A stretch of 58,760 nt of DNA, counting the filler, from Circinaria calcarea (taxonomy: Eukaryota), in NCBI GenBank assembly GCA_051942165.1. It is 9 parts of 9 records of this genome, joined end to end, with 100 filler letters (N's around TTAATTAATTAA, not from the genome) between each part and the next. Parts side by side here need not be neighbours in the genome. Positions count along the whole stretch, not along the records: positions 19,650 to 26,093 come from JAVECS010001586.1; positions 26,194 to 32,635 come from JAVECS010001587.1; positions 32,736 to 39,176 come from JAVECS010001588.1; 6 more parts are not named here. One strand, 5' to 3'. Shown piece after piece: positions 20,360 to 33,230 of this stretch. How positions within the stretch are numbered: the stretch's first letter is position 1; each line of letters begins with the position of its first letter. The position numbers were made by a program, and so were the translations under genes. The notes under the pieces are model-generated. The model did no database searches and was not told where the DNA came from. It saw only the letters and a program-made list of their open reading frames with translations.

Positions 20360-20874
20360 ATTCTATCACCGACTTGAGAACCTCCTCCGTGCCAATGTGA
20401 AAAGAGTGATACCAATGGAGTCAATAGTATAATGTTTTACTTCATGCCCACTATCTACTTGTGAGTCAATCGCATACTAAGCGCCGAAGTTTATCCGTAG
20501 AGTAAGTAATTCCCCCGAAAGTGGGAGTACCGTTCTGAGTGTTAATAAAGCTGCAGACTTGGATAGGCACAAACCTTCAGGCCTTACATCGACACAGACA
20601 GTAGTAAGCTATTCGAGCGCATTAGCAGGTATGTCTATATTTCCTTTCTATCAGTAAATACGTTGGTCAGAATTTTTCATGGCAATTCAAGAATTATCTT
20701 ACACACGCCAAGCGTTGTCTAGTATCCGCTTCCGCCGCCTTCCTTATGCCTTCGTTGCCTCTATAAGTTATACTGTTTTTAAATTGTCCACCTCTAGATT
20801 ACATTATAGCTAAATCATTTTGTACCCCAAAAGGAATACCCCTCGCTACAGGTTCTGGCAGTAAAAGTAACAAC

Positions 20875-23800
20875 ATGGCCCCCAATCGAAAGAAGAAAAA
20901 GCTTGCCAGTAATCCAGCACGTGGATTCGCAACAACTTCCACAATTTCAAAGGCCAGAATTAATGATGATGCAGCCACACTGGAGGAAGATCTTGCTCCA
21001 GCTACCGTCAAAGTTGAGTCGAACTCGAACACAGCCCAGGCGCCTGCTGAATTGCAGAATCCGGATAGGGAACTCTCCGAACTCACCCCAGAGGAACTCG
21101 AGAAGCAACTAGAAGACTCTGAATTGCAGCTTCTCGTAGAGAAGTATGGCGAAAAGGTGAAGAAAGACATTACCCGACAAGTGGGTAGACTGGAAACGGA
21201 ACGACGACTCCTCCGTATACAAGCCGAAAAGCTCAATACATCCTGGTTTCTGCCCGAGGAGTTAATGTTAGTCATTACAGACCATCTAAAGACGTACCTT
21301 GGCAGGGCGGTGTCGTACATTAGCCACGAGGCCAAATCAAGCCTAATCCTCTCGGGAGAGGATCTCAGCATCAAATCCTGGACGCTGAGACGCACGCTAA
21401 GCAACTTAGGTTTCACTGATGAAAAGGCACACCAGGCGATCTCATATCTCTTACACAACAGGCATATCAGGGAGCAGGCTAGCGTAAACGTTAGCAAAGA
21501 CTCCGTTTGGGGACTCGACCAATGTCTGGACTGGTTGGCTCTCATGTGTAATGCTGAAGAAGTACCTGATTACGAGACTTACCTTACGAGAGCCAAAGAA
21601 GGGAAAAGTACGCGTAGCTCTCCCGCCCATATTGATTTCCCCGTAGGTAAGGACTATGTCACTTATTCTCTTTCTCTGGGTTCATGTCCTAACAACCCGT
21701 CTCGATCGGGTGGTATCTGCTGGTTTAGTCGACATACACATCCGTACTTGGGCTTACGTAACATAGCTACATCTGATACCACGCCATCCGTGTCCGGAAT
21801 GATGACTCCAAATGACAATCCAATCGGTAGCACAGACGACCAAGGGGGCTTCTCGATCGACACTGGTGATAAGTCTACACCGGATAGTATTAGCGATTCA
21901 GATGACGAAGTGGAGCCTCAGGATTTTTTGAGCAGGTTTCTTGAATTACAAACACGCTTATTCAAAAGGCAACCGGACCTTACTCTTACCGATCAACGGA
22001 GGACCAAAGGTTCCAGAGGGAAGAAATCCAAAGGACCGCCTCCTATTAGATATTCTGATCCCGGTAGCGAAAGGCTATTACGAAAAATTCGTAAACTGCA
22101 ATCTGATATGCTGTTTGATAAAGAAGAAGCCTATGAGAAGTGGGCTGAAGTCCGCCTTACTCTCGTCAAAGAAGAGGTTGAAAGGAAGAAACTGCACATT
22201 GAAAAGAAGGATGAACTAAGCTTTGGAGATTATGATGATTCTCCGCGGACGTCAGGCTCAACAGATTCCACTGATGACGAAGACTCTTTAACAAAGCTTG
22301 GAGACTTTCTCGCAAACCTACCGGAAACAAGATTTGACAACGATACTGGAACTAGTAGCGTCGTCACCGCAAACCCTGACGGAGGCTCTATATGTATCAG
22401 AGACTTTGGCAAGCATCAGGGTTTGCCACCCCGGCGAATACTTTCTGAGGCGTGCAAAGCGAGGTAAGCCCTATTTTCTTGGAATTATATACGCATAATA
22501 ACTTGATGTATTTCTTGCGCAGAGATTCCTTGGCCGTGGTATCATATAAAATAACATCCACATCAAACTTTTCAAGTCGTCAATCAATCATCATAAGGTG
22601 GTCTCGAGATCAAGAGTTACCAATCCCCTCGCCCATTCCTGGGGTAACGTGTGAGGCGAATTCCCGTGCCGTAAGAGTCGATATGACTACGGTGTCCACG
22701 CCAGATGCTCTCCAATCTGAAGCATTCATTTCTACCGCTGCATTGTTCCTTATTTTCAGCTCCTCTCCCAAGGAGGAGAAAGCATATCTACGTTTGCCAT
22801 CAACTTGGAAAGACTTATGGGGCGAGTTCTCCGATGCTAGGAAAGCCGTGGTTGATACTTCGGATCGTGAGGAACTGAGAGAGACTCGTAACCTTGTTGA
22901 AACTTCAAACCTAGTTCTGAGCACTCAAGCGTCTCCAGCCAAAATTGCTGGATCAGAGAGCATGCCGAAGACAGATCTCGAAGCCAATGTGCCTAAAGCA
23001 ACGGCTGGAGAAGGGATCGCTGATAGTGCAACACTCACTAGCTTATGGAAAGCAAAGATATCTACAAATTCATACCAAAACATGCTCAAGGCACGCATGC
23101 TATTACCCATATGGAGTTTCAAGGATGAACTACTCACCGCCATCGAGGACCATCAGGTAGTCATAGTCTGTGGGGAGACAGGCTGCGGAAAGAGCACACA
23201 GGTCCCGGTATTCATCCTAGAGAACGAACTTTCGAACGGACGATATTGCAAGATTTACTGTACAGAACCTCGGCGTATTTCTGCAATTTCCTTAGCTCGT
23301 CGGGTGAGTGAGGAACTTGGCGAACGGAAGAACGATGTGGGAACCTCCAGGTCACTGGTAGGATATGCCATCCGGCTCGAAAGTCAGATCACAGCAGAGA
23401 CCAAACTTGTATATGCTACCACCGGGATTGTCATGCGTATGTTGGAGCGATCGGACGACCTGGGCGACATCACCCATCTGGTACTTGACGAAGTACATGA
23501 ACGGACGATTGACAGTGATTTCTTGTTGATTGTTCTTCGCAAATTAATGAATCGGCGCCCAGGATTAAAAGTTATTCTTATGTCAGCCACCGTCAACGCT
23601 GAGCAGTTCTCGAGGTACTTGAATGGTGCTCCTGTTATGAACGTTCCTGGTCGGACTTTCCCAGTCGAGACTCGATACTTGGAGGATGCAATAGAAGCAA
23701 CGAGGTACGGCAGAGACCACGGATCAAGCAACAGTCACACTCAAGAAGACGACGATGATCATGATGATGAGACGGATAGAGTCAAGAAATCCGATATAGC

Positions 23801-25916
23801 GGTATTAAAAGGCTATAGTTTGAAGACGCGCAATACCCTTGCGCAATTCGACGAATACCGGATCGATTACGAATTGATTGTAAGTCTACTCGAAACAATT
23901 TCAAAGCAGAACAGTTACGCTGCCTATAGCAAAGCAATCCTCGTCTTTCTACCTGGCATTGCAGAGATACGGCGACTGAATGACATGCTCGCTGGTCATC
24001 CTGCTTTCTCGCATACCTGGTACATATACCCCTTGCATTCTACAATCGCAACTGAAGAACAAGAACGAGCGTTTCTCGTTCCTCCCCAAGGAGTGAGAAA
24101 GATTGTCCTTGCTACGAACATTGCAGAGACCGGTATTACAATTCCGGATGTTACATGTGTGATAGACACAGGAAAGCATAAAGAAATGCGGTTTGTTAGC
24201 CATGTCAGTTCGCCTTAGTCAAACCTGCTTACTCTCCTAGGTTTGATGAGAGACGTCAACTATCAAGGTTGATTGAATCCTTCATCTCACGTGCCAATGC
24301 TAAACAACGTCGTGGACGTGCCGGGAGAGTCCAAAACGGACTCTGTTTCCACTTGTTCACTAAGTTTCGCCATGATAACATAGTAAGCTTAATCTTACCA
24401 CTTCCTTCAAGCCAACCATTAATGCGTAAACAGATGGCTGAACAGCAGACTCCCGAGATGTTGCGACTTTCGTTACAAGATCTTGTTCTTCGAGTTAAGA
24501 TTTGCAAACTGAGTGGCATAGAGCAAACAATGGCAGAAGCTTTGGATCCCCCGCTACCTAAAAACATTCGACGGGCCGTTGAGTCGTTGATCGATGTCAA
24601 AGCCTTAACCAGTGGTGAAGATTTGACACCACTTGGAAGACAGCTTGCCAAGTTGCCTTTGGATGTGTTCCTTGGAAAGCTGATATTACTTGGAAGCTTG
24701 TTCCGGTGTTTAGACGCAACGCTGACAATTGCTGCAATCATATCTTCCAAGTCACCCTTTATTGCTCCTATGGCCTCACGCGCTCAAGCTGATTTGGCCC
24801 GCCTGGCTTTCAAGAAAGGCTTGTACTGTGTTCAGGGAATGTATGATTATGCTAACCGATGGACACAGGTGATTCTGATCTTCTCACAGTCTACAATGCA
24901 TACTGTGCATGGCGCCGAGTATGTACAACCACCGGGTCTTTGGAATATCAGTTCTGTCGCAAAAATCTCCTCAGTCCCCAAACACTGTCCAACATAGAGG
25001 ACCTCAAAGCCCAGTTAACAACGTCACTGGTAGAAGCTGGATTTCTTTCGTTGGGCGAGTCGGAGAAGGCAGCATTAAATAAGTATACTTTACTATATGG
25101 CCTTGTCACTTTAGTCCCCTCGAGCTAAAATGATTAGGGCTCGTTTCTACTCCCGCCAAAGACACTTCGTCGAGATACCGAAAAACTACGATGCCAACGC
25201 CAATGATCTCGTGATCAACTCCACTATTGCCTGGAGCTTCTACCCCAAGCTCATTGTCCGTGATGGCAAGGGGTGGAGGAATGTGGCCAACAATCAGTCC
25301 GTCAGTTTATATCCCACGTCTGTCAACAAAGGCATAATCAACCCGTCCAAATACTTGTCCTATTATCATATTATGCAATCCAGCAACAAGTAAGTCAATT
25401 CGCACCTCACTACCCCAACCAAGTCTTAAAACTAGGGTGGGGGGTTGGCCAACGCCCGTTCTGTTATAACAGCAATTCAAGGCTTCATCTCAGCCACGCA
25501 TTCTTCCGCTCCAGGCGGGCTTATGGTTTTATACTCATATTTTGTCTAGATTCTATAACGCTCACGAAACGAGTCCCGCATCCGATTTCGCTATTGCCCT
25601 CGTATGCGGAGACGCTGACTTCAAGGTATGTCAATCCTTCAACCCGGTTCTGCATGCAAAACCTAAATATTTTTTTCTCTATGCCGTCCGTACGCTCATA
25701 CTCTTCTTCTAGATGTACTCAGGCGTCATCATCATCGACGGCAACCGCTTACGCTTCTCCATCGCCGACTGGAAAGTAATGGTTGCTATGAAAGCGCTCA
25801 GGACGAAGTTGAGAGAAATCATGGTCCAGTCTTTCCGGACTCCGGGAAAGAAGATGAACGAGGAACAGGAGTTTTGGTGGGAAGTTTGGAGGCGAATTTT
25901 CACGAGGGAAGGTTGA
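20875..25916 (+). CDS. DEAH-box ATP-dependent RNA helicase, DHX29/DHX57-like; 9 exons (introns 21647-21766, 22464-22522, 24191-24240, 24383-24433, 24819-24868 GC-AG, 25083-25137, 25390-25549, 25626-25712)
   Basis: GETGCGKSTQ, TEPRRISA, DEVHER, MSAT, LATNIAETGITI, QRRGRAGRV, HA2 region (LTPLGRQLAKLPLD), OB-fold C-terminus; N-terminus MAPNRKKKKLASNPARGFATTS. Confidence 0.93.
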
Positions 25917-26093
25917 TGATGGGGATCTTATTCTTGTGAAGGTTGAGGGTGTTGGCCAAAATCAATAATGGGCAGGTCCGGCGTTCGGGTAGAGCGACGG
26001 TATCATGGCAGTAAGTGCATCTGAAATGAACTAGCAGATGGTCTTACCGTCTGTATGGCCGAGTATAAAATCAGTGTTGGCTCTGATGATACT

Positions 26094-26193
26094 NNNNNNN
26101 NNNNNNNNNNNNNNNNNNNNNNNNNNNNNNNNNNNNNTTAATTAATTAANNNNNNNNNNNNNNNNNNNNNNNNNNNNNNNNNNNNNNNNNNNN
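26094..26193. other. Artificial contig-joining spacer
   Basis: 44 N + TTAATTAATTAA + 44 N. Confidence 0.98.
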
Positions 26194-27357
26194 AACATGT
26201 TCCAAGGTCTGGACGACAATAGGCGAAGAACGTGAAGAGTCGAACGATGCATTTTGCGACAGACTCAGCGCTGGACGATTTTTAGCGGGCAGAGATGTGG
26301 CGAAATGGGCTCCAAATGGAGGAAGTTGCATGCCGCCTTCAGGAGCAACGGTAGGAGAAAACAACGGTAAACTGGAGGCACCTTCCAGATGCTTGAACAT
26401 ACTCAAATGAGCCAAGGATGGAGTCTGAGGTATTATCTCCGAGGTAGTTCGGCTAGGCTGGCCGGTGGAAGTCGTTTCAGGTGTTGTGATGGTGAGTCCT
26501 AGATTACTCGGCTTCCGCTTTTGAGACTTTGGAGGAACGATGAACGATGGAGACGCTGGGGCGGAAAAGGCAAGAGATTGGTTTGCATTATTACCGTTAG
26601 AGACACCTAAACGCGGTAACGGCGATCCAAAGGCTTGTCTGTTGGAACCACTCGTATTAAGTGACAGGTTTTTAGTGTTACGCATCTTTTTGTTGGGAGA
26701 ACCGGCACGGCTGAAACCAGCCAGATGTGGAGCGGGACTGGCCGGCAGGCTGTCTTGACTCATCACGCTGTCTTCACTCACCGGGGAAGATGCCTTCAGC
26801 GACGAGAAAGACGAGAGTGGTAGTGATAAGGTTGGAGACTCTGGAGATGAGCTGGGTGATGGTTCTGTGAGAGTCGAATCAAGGGTAGATATCGTTGTTG
26901 TTGGTGATGAATCTGAGGACTCTGATTTGAAAGTATTAGAAGAGCTTCGGCGGTATATGTAAGAGGGTGGAAGACTGTGGTTGCTTGGCCTCCGGTTGGT
27001 AGGCACAGGATGTCGATGTGACGTGTGTGTCGTTGCCGCCCCTTCGTCTGGGCCACCACGGGTCCCTAAACCATCTCCAAACACAGACATGAAAGATGGC
27101 AACGAAGCTAAGAGCGATTGTGAACCCGTTGTTGCCGGCATGCTTGGGTTGTGACCTGGTAGCAATGTCTCTGCTCGCACCTGCCTCTGGATATTTGCTA
27201 CCTTCGGCCTGCCTATATCGACCGCCCAGCGGTCCTGAAAAGGCTTTTGGGTTTGATGGGGATCTAGGAAAGGAGGACCTTTGAGAGAAGAATCATCAGC
27301 TTCACTGCGAGTTGCTGAAGATCGCCAGCATGATTGCAACGCAACATCCATCATCAC
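26194..27357 (-). CDS. MSG5: Dual-specificity MAPK phosphatase (Msg5/Pmp1-like), N-terminal regulatory region; catalytic domain outside contig; start may be ATG 27141
   Basis: Ser/Pro-rich ORF with SDSSPTTTISTLDS..EPSPSSSPESP and the MAPK-docking-like KKMRNTKNLSL, resembling yeast Msg5 RNTKNLSL. Confidence 0.65.
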
Positions 27358-29818
27358 TCTTCTTCCTTGACAAAATCAACAACAAGCAAAGAAGCAGCGG
27401 ACCCGAACAGCAGAGCCACTATACAAGTATCTGCGGCCGCCCACGGCTACAGGCATCCTGATGGGCAAACATGCCAGGAGCCCGGGCACCCACCAAAGGA
27501 AAGCGACTTACCACAAATTGTTGACCAAGCGTTTGACTATCTCGTTGCGCCTGTGGTATCTTATTGGCGCTCTCCCCCAGGAGTCACTGTGATGCGCGCT
27601 TATGTCCAAGTTGCGATAGATGCAATCCAAGAATGTATGTCGATGGCGTCCTTCGCGCGCCGGTGGTCCGTCCGCGTTCACGGTCAGTCCTTCAAGGAAT
27701 GAAAGTGGATAGATAAAATTCGAGAAAGAAATGGGGTCAAAGGAGAGAACAAATGTGGTGAAGGAGTAAGAGGCCAGCCGGCAATGCCAGAATGGATGCT
27801 ATCTGGTCGGAAGCACGAATGGCGAAGGGAGAGAGATCTGTTGGAGAGAGTGTGAGTGTGGGGGGGGGGGTGGAGGACAAGTCTAACGAATCACCAATCA
27901 GCCTCAGCGCTTGGGTGTGTTTGACACCAACCAATTGCCAGATCTAAGTTTAACCGCCGGTCGTTTTTAATCCCTGTAGCAAGTAGGCCCGAACCAACCG
28001 TTGTGCTGTTTCCGACCAAGAGGCATACCTACCTCCCCGAGCAAAGTCCAGCTGCTGGAGGCAGTCTTGACAGCTGAGGCCGTGGGCGAACAATGACTGG
28101 AAGGAGCATTTGCTGATGACGGACCGGACCGGACAAAGGGATGCAGGTCAGACAGCAGAGTACCGTCGACAGAGCATTCATCCACACACACTACCGACGC
28201 TCGAATGATAATCAGAATATTAATAGCGCGTTCACCGGATCTACTTTTACCCCTGGTAATCAATCCTTCTTCCCGTTCCTCCGGTGTGTCGCATGCGATT
28301 GATCCGTTACAAACAAGAGATCTACGGCTGTTCAAACATTATTCAAGTCGTGTTAAATCGATGGTGGATCCCTCCTCTGTAGCACCACTATCTCCCCTGA
28401 TTGTCTTCCCCAGAGATGGATGTTGGTGTTGTAGAAAGTTGTTGTTGTTTGCATAACTCTGTACTTCTCGCCTGTCCATTTCGGAAACGCCGTCCTTTTA
28501 GCGTACATTTCTAGTGTGCAGGGGTCAAAGACTTGAAACGGTGGACTATGAATAGATATCCGTAGCTAACCTAAAGTTAGCGTAGCGTCAACCCCTGGAT
28601 TCTGCCCGTTTAGGGCCTCGATCATTTTTTACTCCGTATGCTGATGTGCTGAAATCGCATGAAAGGAGAACCCACGAAGACTGCTCATGACAGGAACCAT
28701 TCCGATGGGGAAAAGGTAACCGGGAGCACTATTGAAGCGATATCAGTAAGCTGAACTTTAGATTTAGGTTTGGAAGGAGTCATGGTGCTTATCGGGTGGC
28801 AGTGGAATGGCAATAGTCGAGCTGCTGGTATTGCTTTATTTGCTGGGGCACGTTGTGCTGATAGCGAACTCTGTTACCTAAACATTGGCAGCCCTCATCT
28901 CTTCGAAGTATTTGTGATGCGTGTCTGACAATTGCAGTTGACAAGATAAACCGTCTTTACTACGTGGCATGTAGCTTAAGGGCGATGATTCAAGAATGGC
29001 ACAGGACCTATCGATACCCGCTGCAAGTACTAATCGTCCCTCGCCTCAAATATACATTATCAGATCTCATTTTAGTATGGCAGCGGGCTTGTAGCGGTTC
29101 CAAGCGGAGCTTAGGGAGACCTCCCAATCGCGATGTCGGTCTAAATTCAGTTAAACAAGGCAGTTACCAATCCATAGTGAGAAATCTAGGAACCGGTAGA
29201 GTAACTCAATCACATAAGTAGGATATTATACAGACTCCATAGCACCATCTATCTGCACCTACTCCCTACCGAGTACCAGTGGATTCAACATGATTTTGAT
29301 CCAGATCGAGATGGACAGGAGGGAATTTTGGTGGGGTTCGGAGGCTTTTAATCGCTTTTTCACCCTTCGACGTCTGTAGGGAAGGAGATCGATTCCTTCG
29401 AGGCCACAGTGGTAGCCAATTGCAGTTTAGGTGGAGGCCGGGAAGCCGCCGACTCGATAGGATTCTCTTCACTATCAGTCAGGTCCTTCGTAGAGGCTGT
29501 CGATCGATGCCCGGAAAACGGCATTGGACGCGGCAAAACAACTGTTCTCTAGACTGGTGGCCCCTGAACGTTGGAACCATTCAATCGTGTCCTGCATTAG
29601 CTCCTGTGCATTGTCTCCCCAGCATGAATGTGCCTCTGCAGAAGACTGGCTGCTGCTGCGGTGGGATAAAGCAATTCCTCTCTGCGAAGCTAAATCTCTG
29701 CGTCCGAGTAAAGATCTCCGACTTCCTCTTACTTACCTTTCAAACAATATCCTGCCACGAGGAGGAGAGTCCTCGCTTTCGACTCCGGTATTCCGTGTGT
29801 GTGACCCGTAAGGAGGCT

Positions 29819-29843
29819 GGGGCTTGGGCTTGGGCTTGGGCTC
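29819..29843. repeat. (GGGCTT)n hexanucleotide microsatellite upstream of the Mto2-like gene
   Basis: GGGGCTTGGGCTTGGGCTTGGGCT. Confidence 0.85.
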
Positions 29844-29861
29844 CCTCCCGCCGCGAACTTC

Positions 29862-32384
29862 ATGCAGGGTCAAGCGCGAAAAGCGAACATGTCAGCGAGC
29901 CACAGTGTTGATGAGAGAACATCACGACCGTCATCATCAAACCCAGTCGAGCAATTGCCTTTGTGGCCGCAGAATTCGTTTGTAGCAGACAGAAGGCCGT
30001 CGTTAACGCAATCAACTGCTGTCGCTTCGAGCAATGATCTAGGAAGCCGGAGCCCTCTGTCACGACCCAACCTCCACCGCCGAGGCATCACGTCAATCGC
30101 GCTTCCCAACGTTGCGCATCTCGTAGATGCGTTCAATCAAACCGGACGACCACGATCAGCTGGTTCCCCCAAAGCAGGTGAAAGCCCGTTGCACTCAGCC
30201 TTGACTGGATCATACTTTGCACTACAGCCAGGTTCATCCGGCCTTGAAGCCCGCTCACCAGCACCAAAACGGCCCCCAGCATCTCGAAGCAGCCATGGAA
30301 TAGAAACCTTCAGTGGCCCTCCTCCAGCCTTGAGCACCCGACGGACCTATTCGACGGAGCGAGCCTGGCGACGGCCCCCAGCAACCGATCCACCAGCTGT
30401 TCATTCGCGACTTACGCCACGAGCTTTAGCAAATCTTGATGCTGCAAACAACGCCATTGAAGCTGCCACAAACTACTTTGCTCGAGATCCGAAATCCCCC
30501 TCGAACGACCCATCAGAATCAAGTCCCACAAACACCCGCACCCAGTCGATGCCGAGCGCGGCCGGAGACAGAATGACTCCAACAGCCAGAAAAACACAAA
30601 CTAACCGTAAAATAGCTAGGGAGGACGAAGAAGACTCAACACTGTGCGGAGAGAGTTCGCGGGAATCGAATCGGTTGCCAACTGATGATTCCCATGGCAA
30701 CGAAGCAGGCTGTTCACACTCGTCACAAGAGGATTTATTCCTCAAACTTGCATCTGCAGATGCAACACCCGACAGGAAATCAGGTGACATAAGGTCAGGT
30801 GAGCATCAAGGCAAGAACTCCGGCTCTTCCAGATCCAGAGACCGGCGATACCCTGCCTCGGCACATTCTCTAGATCAACGGCACCTTCCACGAGTCTCGA
30901 GCAAGGCATCAAGGGCTTCAAATACCGGCTCACGAGCGCCGCCACTCAACCGCGAGATATCCCCTGACTCACCTCAGTTCCAAAGCCGAAGACCATCCAT
31001 ATCAGAGTCGACGATCGGGATCCCTTCTCGAATCTATCGCCAATCCAACCTCTCACACTTGACGAATGATTATTTTAATCCGTCCCCACTGGCCAGTCGT
31101 TCAACATTCAAGGGTGAACGCGTTGCAGAGGCAGTTACGCCGCGTGTTGAGGGAACCGAATCTACCGTGTCGACAACGGCCCCGTCAACGGTCTGGGATG
31201 AACTTGATGATCTCAAATCGCGGATCAAAAAACTTGAGCTCACTAGTACCATGCCTTCATCGTCTGAGGCTGCAATTTCAAAAGCTACCGGTGAACGACC
31301 ACGCACGGCAACGACGACCATAACTACCATGTCACGATCGCCGAAACATGACGCTGCTGCAAATTCTGCATCTCCAGAAACTTCTGTCCTTGGTGGACCC
31401 GATGAGAATGAAACACACCCGCTTCTAAATGCTGCCCTTGCCAAATCAAAGAGAAAAATCAGTCCGTCGCTATATAGAACGTTGGAGGCTACCGTGTCAG
31501 ATGCAATAGAGATGACCAGAATTACGGGTGGTATGGGTACGAAAGAATCCGTCCCTAACACTATTGATTGGCAACTTAAGCGGAAAGCAGAGAATATGTG
31601 CAGAAATCTTACAGAATTGTGTCATGTACTGATGGAGGATGAAGCAGAGCCTATAGCTCTCAAAAGCACGCCTCGACCAGTGAGCAGAGATACGACTTGT
31701 TGGCAGCAGTCTCGTGCAGATAGTGTAGAGGATACACGATACCAGCAAGCGACAGATCTTGAGCTCGAATCAACTTCAACTTCGAGGGTCATAAGCCGCC
31801 TTGAAGCAAGGCGTTCTAGCTTGCTAGGCCTCGGCAGTGATATTTCGGGTAGTATAGGAGATAGGGACCGGCGAGAGGAGCTAGCGGCACCTACTAAAAC
31901 CACCCCATCAGCTACTGTTCTCAACAGGACGTCTACCGTGCTCCAACGTATTCATCGCAACACTGACGACGATGGCGAGACCATCGCAAGGCTCTCTCCA
32001 AGGGTTATAGCAGAACACGGGCACCCAACTTCAGCGGAGAGACAACTTACATCACGGGAGTACATTGCACAGCATCCTGTTCACGGTCTGAAACAGGGGC
32101 CTTCTTCTGTACAATCCTCTCTACCCGATCCGGAAAGCTATTTTTCTGAGGCATCGCCCTTTCCAACCACTCCTATCATCCAGCCTGGTAATCGGAGACA
32201 TTTGGATCAGTCTACGCTGCCCTTTGCAGATAGTGCGCACTCAGTTGAAGCCCACCAGCAGAGACCTGTATCACTCGGTCAGTACGCCTTGAGCGGATGG
32301 CAGTGGTCAAACAGTTTGAGTCGTCGACTGCGACACTCCAGTATGGATATTGTTGGCCAGAATGTCGAGAACCGCGAAAGCTAA
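29862..32384 (+). CDS. Mto2/Spa18-like disordered MTOC protein (840 aa)
   Basis: Disordered ORF with core EGTESTVSTTAPSTVWDELDDLKSRIKKLEL..HPLLNAALAKSK..LEATVSDAIEM..KAENMCRNLTELCHVL, colinear with recalled S. pombe Mto2 motifs (VLQELENLRERLNQVEL..ALCRSLAELCLGL). Confidence 0.75.
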   Translation: MQGQARKANMSASHSVDERTSRPSSSNPVEQLPLWPQNSFVADRRPSLTQSTAVASSNDLGSRSPLSRPNLHRRGITSIALPNVAHLVDAFNQTGRPRSAGSPKAGESPLHSALTGSYFALQPGSSGLEARSPAPKRPPASRSSHGIETFSGPPPALSTRRTYSTERAWRRPPATDPPAVHSRLTPRALANLDAANNAIEAATNYFARDPKSPSNDPSESSPTNTRTQSMPSAAGDRMTPTARKTQTNRKIAREDEEDSTLCGESSRESNRLPTDDSHGNEAGCSHSSQEDLFLKLASADATPDRKSGDIRSGEHQGKNSGSSRSRDRRYPASAHSLDQRHLPRVSSKASRASNTGSRAPPLNREISPDSPQFQSRRPSISESTIGIPSRIYRQSNLSHLTNDYFNPSPLASRSTFKGERVAEAVTPRVEGTESTVSTTAPSTVWDELDDLKSRIKKLELTSTMPSSSEAAISKATGERPRTATTTITTMSRSPKHDAAANSASPETSVLGGPDENETHPLLNAALAKSKRKISPSLYRTLEATVSDAIEMTRITGGMGTKESVPNTIDWQLKRKAENMCRNLTELCHVLMEDEAEPIALKSTPRPVSRDTTCWQQSRADSVEDTRYQQATDLELESTSTSRVISRLEARRSSLLGLGSDISGSIGDRDRREELAAPTKTTPSATVLNRTSTVLQRIHRNTDDDGETIARLSPRVIAEHGHPTSAERQLTSREYIAQHPVHGLKQGPSSVQSSLPDPESYFSEASPFPTTPIIQPGNRRHLDQSTLPFADSAHSVEAHQQRPVSLGQYALSGWQWSNSLSRRLRHSSMDIVGQNVENRES

Positions 32385-32635
32385 TGAATTTTTGGGAACG
32401 AATTTATGATTTGTACAAATAGGGCTTGGATTGGTCGAGCTTGACTGAAGCTTTGGCTAGAAAGATTTTGAAAGAGGGGCTGCTTCGTGGCATCATTTTC
32501 CACTGGAAGTTTTGTAGATATACTTACTCCTTTCTAGTCTATAACTCTGCAGTTCAGCATCTATGAGCCGCTTCAACCAATTCGATTCCACTGTGAAGCT
32601 GTCCACTTGAATACTTGACATTTGATGTGATATCG

Positions 32636-32735
32636 NNNNNNNNNNNNNNNNNNNNNNNNNNNNNNNNNNNNNNNNNNNNTTAATTAATTAANNNNNNNNN
32701 NNNNNNNNNNNNNNNNNNNNNNNNNNNNNNNNNNN
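32636..32735. other. Artificial contig-joining spacer
   Basis: 44 N + TTAATTAATTAA + 44 N. Confidence 0.98.
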
Positions 32736-33230
32736 GGGGGGGAGGAAGAAAGGGAGGAGATAGAGATGATAGAGGGTGAAAAGGGAAAAGGAAGGGGAGA
32801 AGACGGATCAGCAAAGGATCTAGGGACCCGTGGCAAAGATTGTTATTTTTACAACTTGATTAACCTTTAAGGAAGGGGGGCAGAATCAGTTTTTCAAATT
32901 GATTGATTTTCCGTTTCAAACGGTTTTTTATTTCTAGCGTGCTGTGCTGTGCTGTGCTACTCGCAAAAGGGGTATTCCCGATTCGCCATGACCACCTTTT
33001 GGGGGTATCCATTTGGCAAAGTCCATTGCCAGAACAGAGCAGAGCAGAGCAGAACCAGAGCCAGAATAAAAGGGGGTATCCATCTATTGTTACATATTCC
33101 CCTCGCCTAAAATCAAAAGCTACAAGGCCTTGAGAAACGTGGCGCGCGTGATTTATGGGTTGAGGTTGCTGGTTCTGCTACTCGAGAATGTAGAGAATAG
33201 AAATGTTTGAACCTGACGACTCTTCTAGAG

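Noticed and set aside
21647..21766. 120-nt stop-free in-frame intron with an internal CCTAAC, considered as another stwintron or micro-exon
   Set aside because: No acceptor/donor combination keeps the frame; a single intron suffices.
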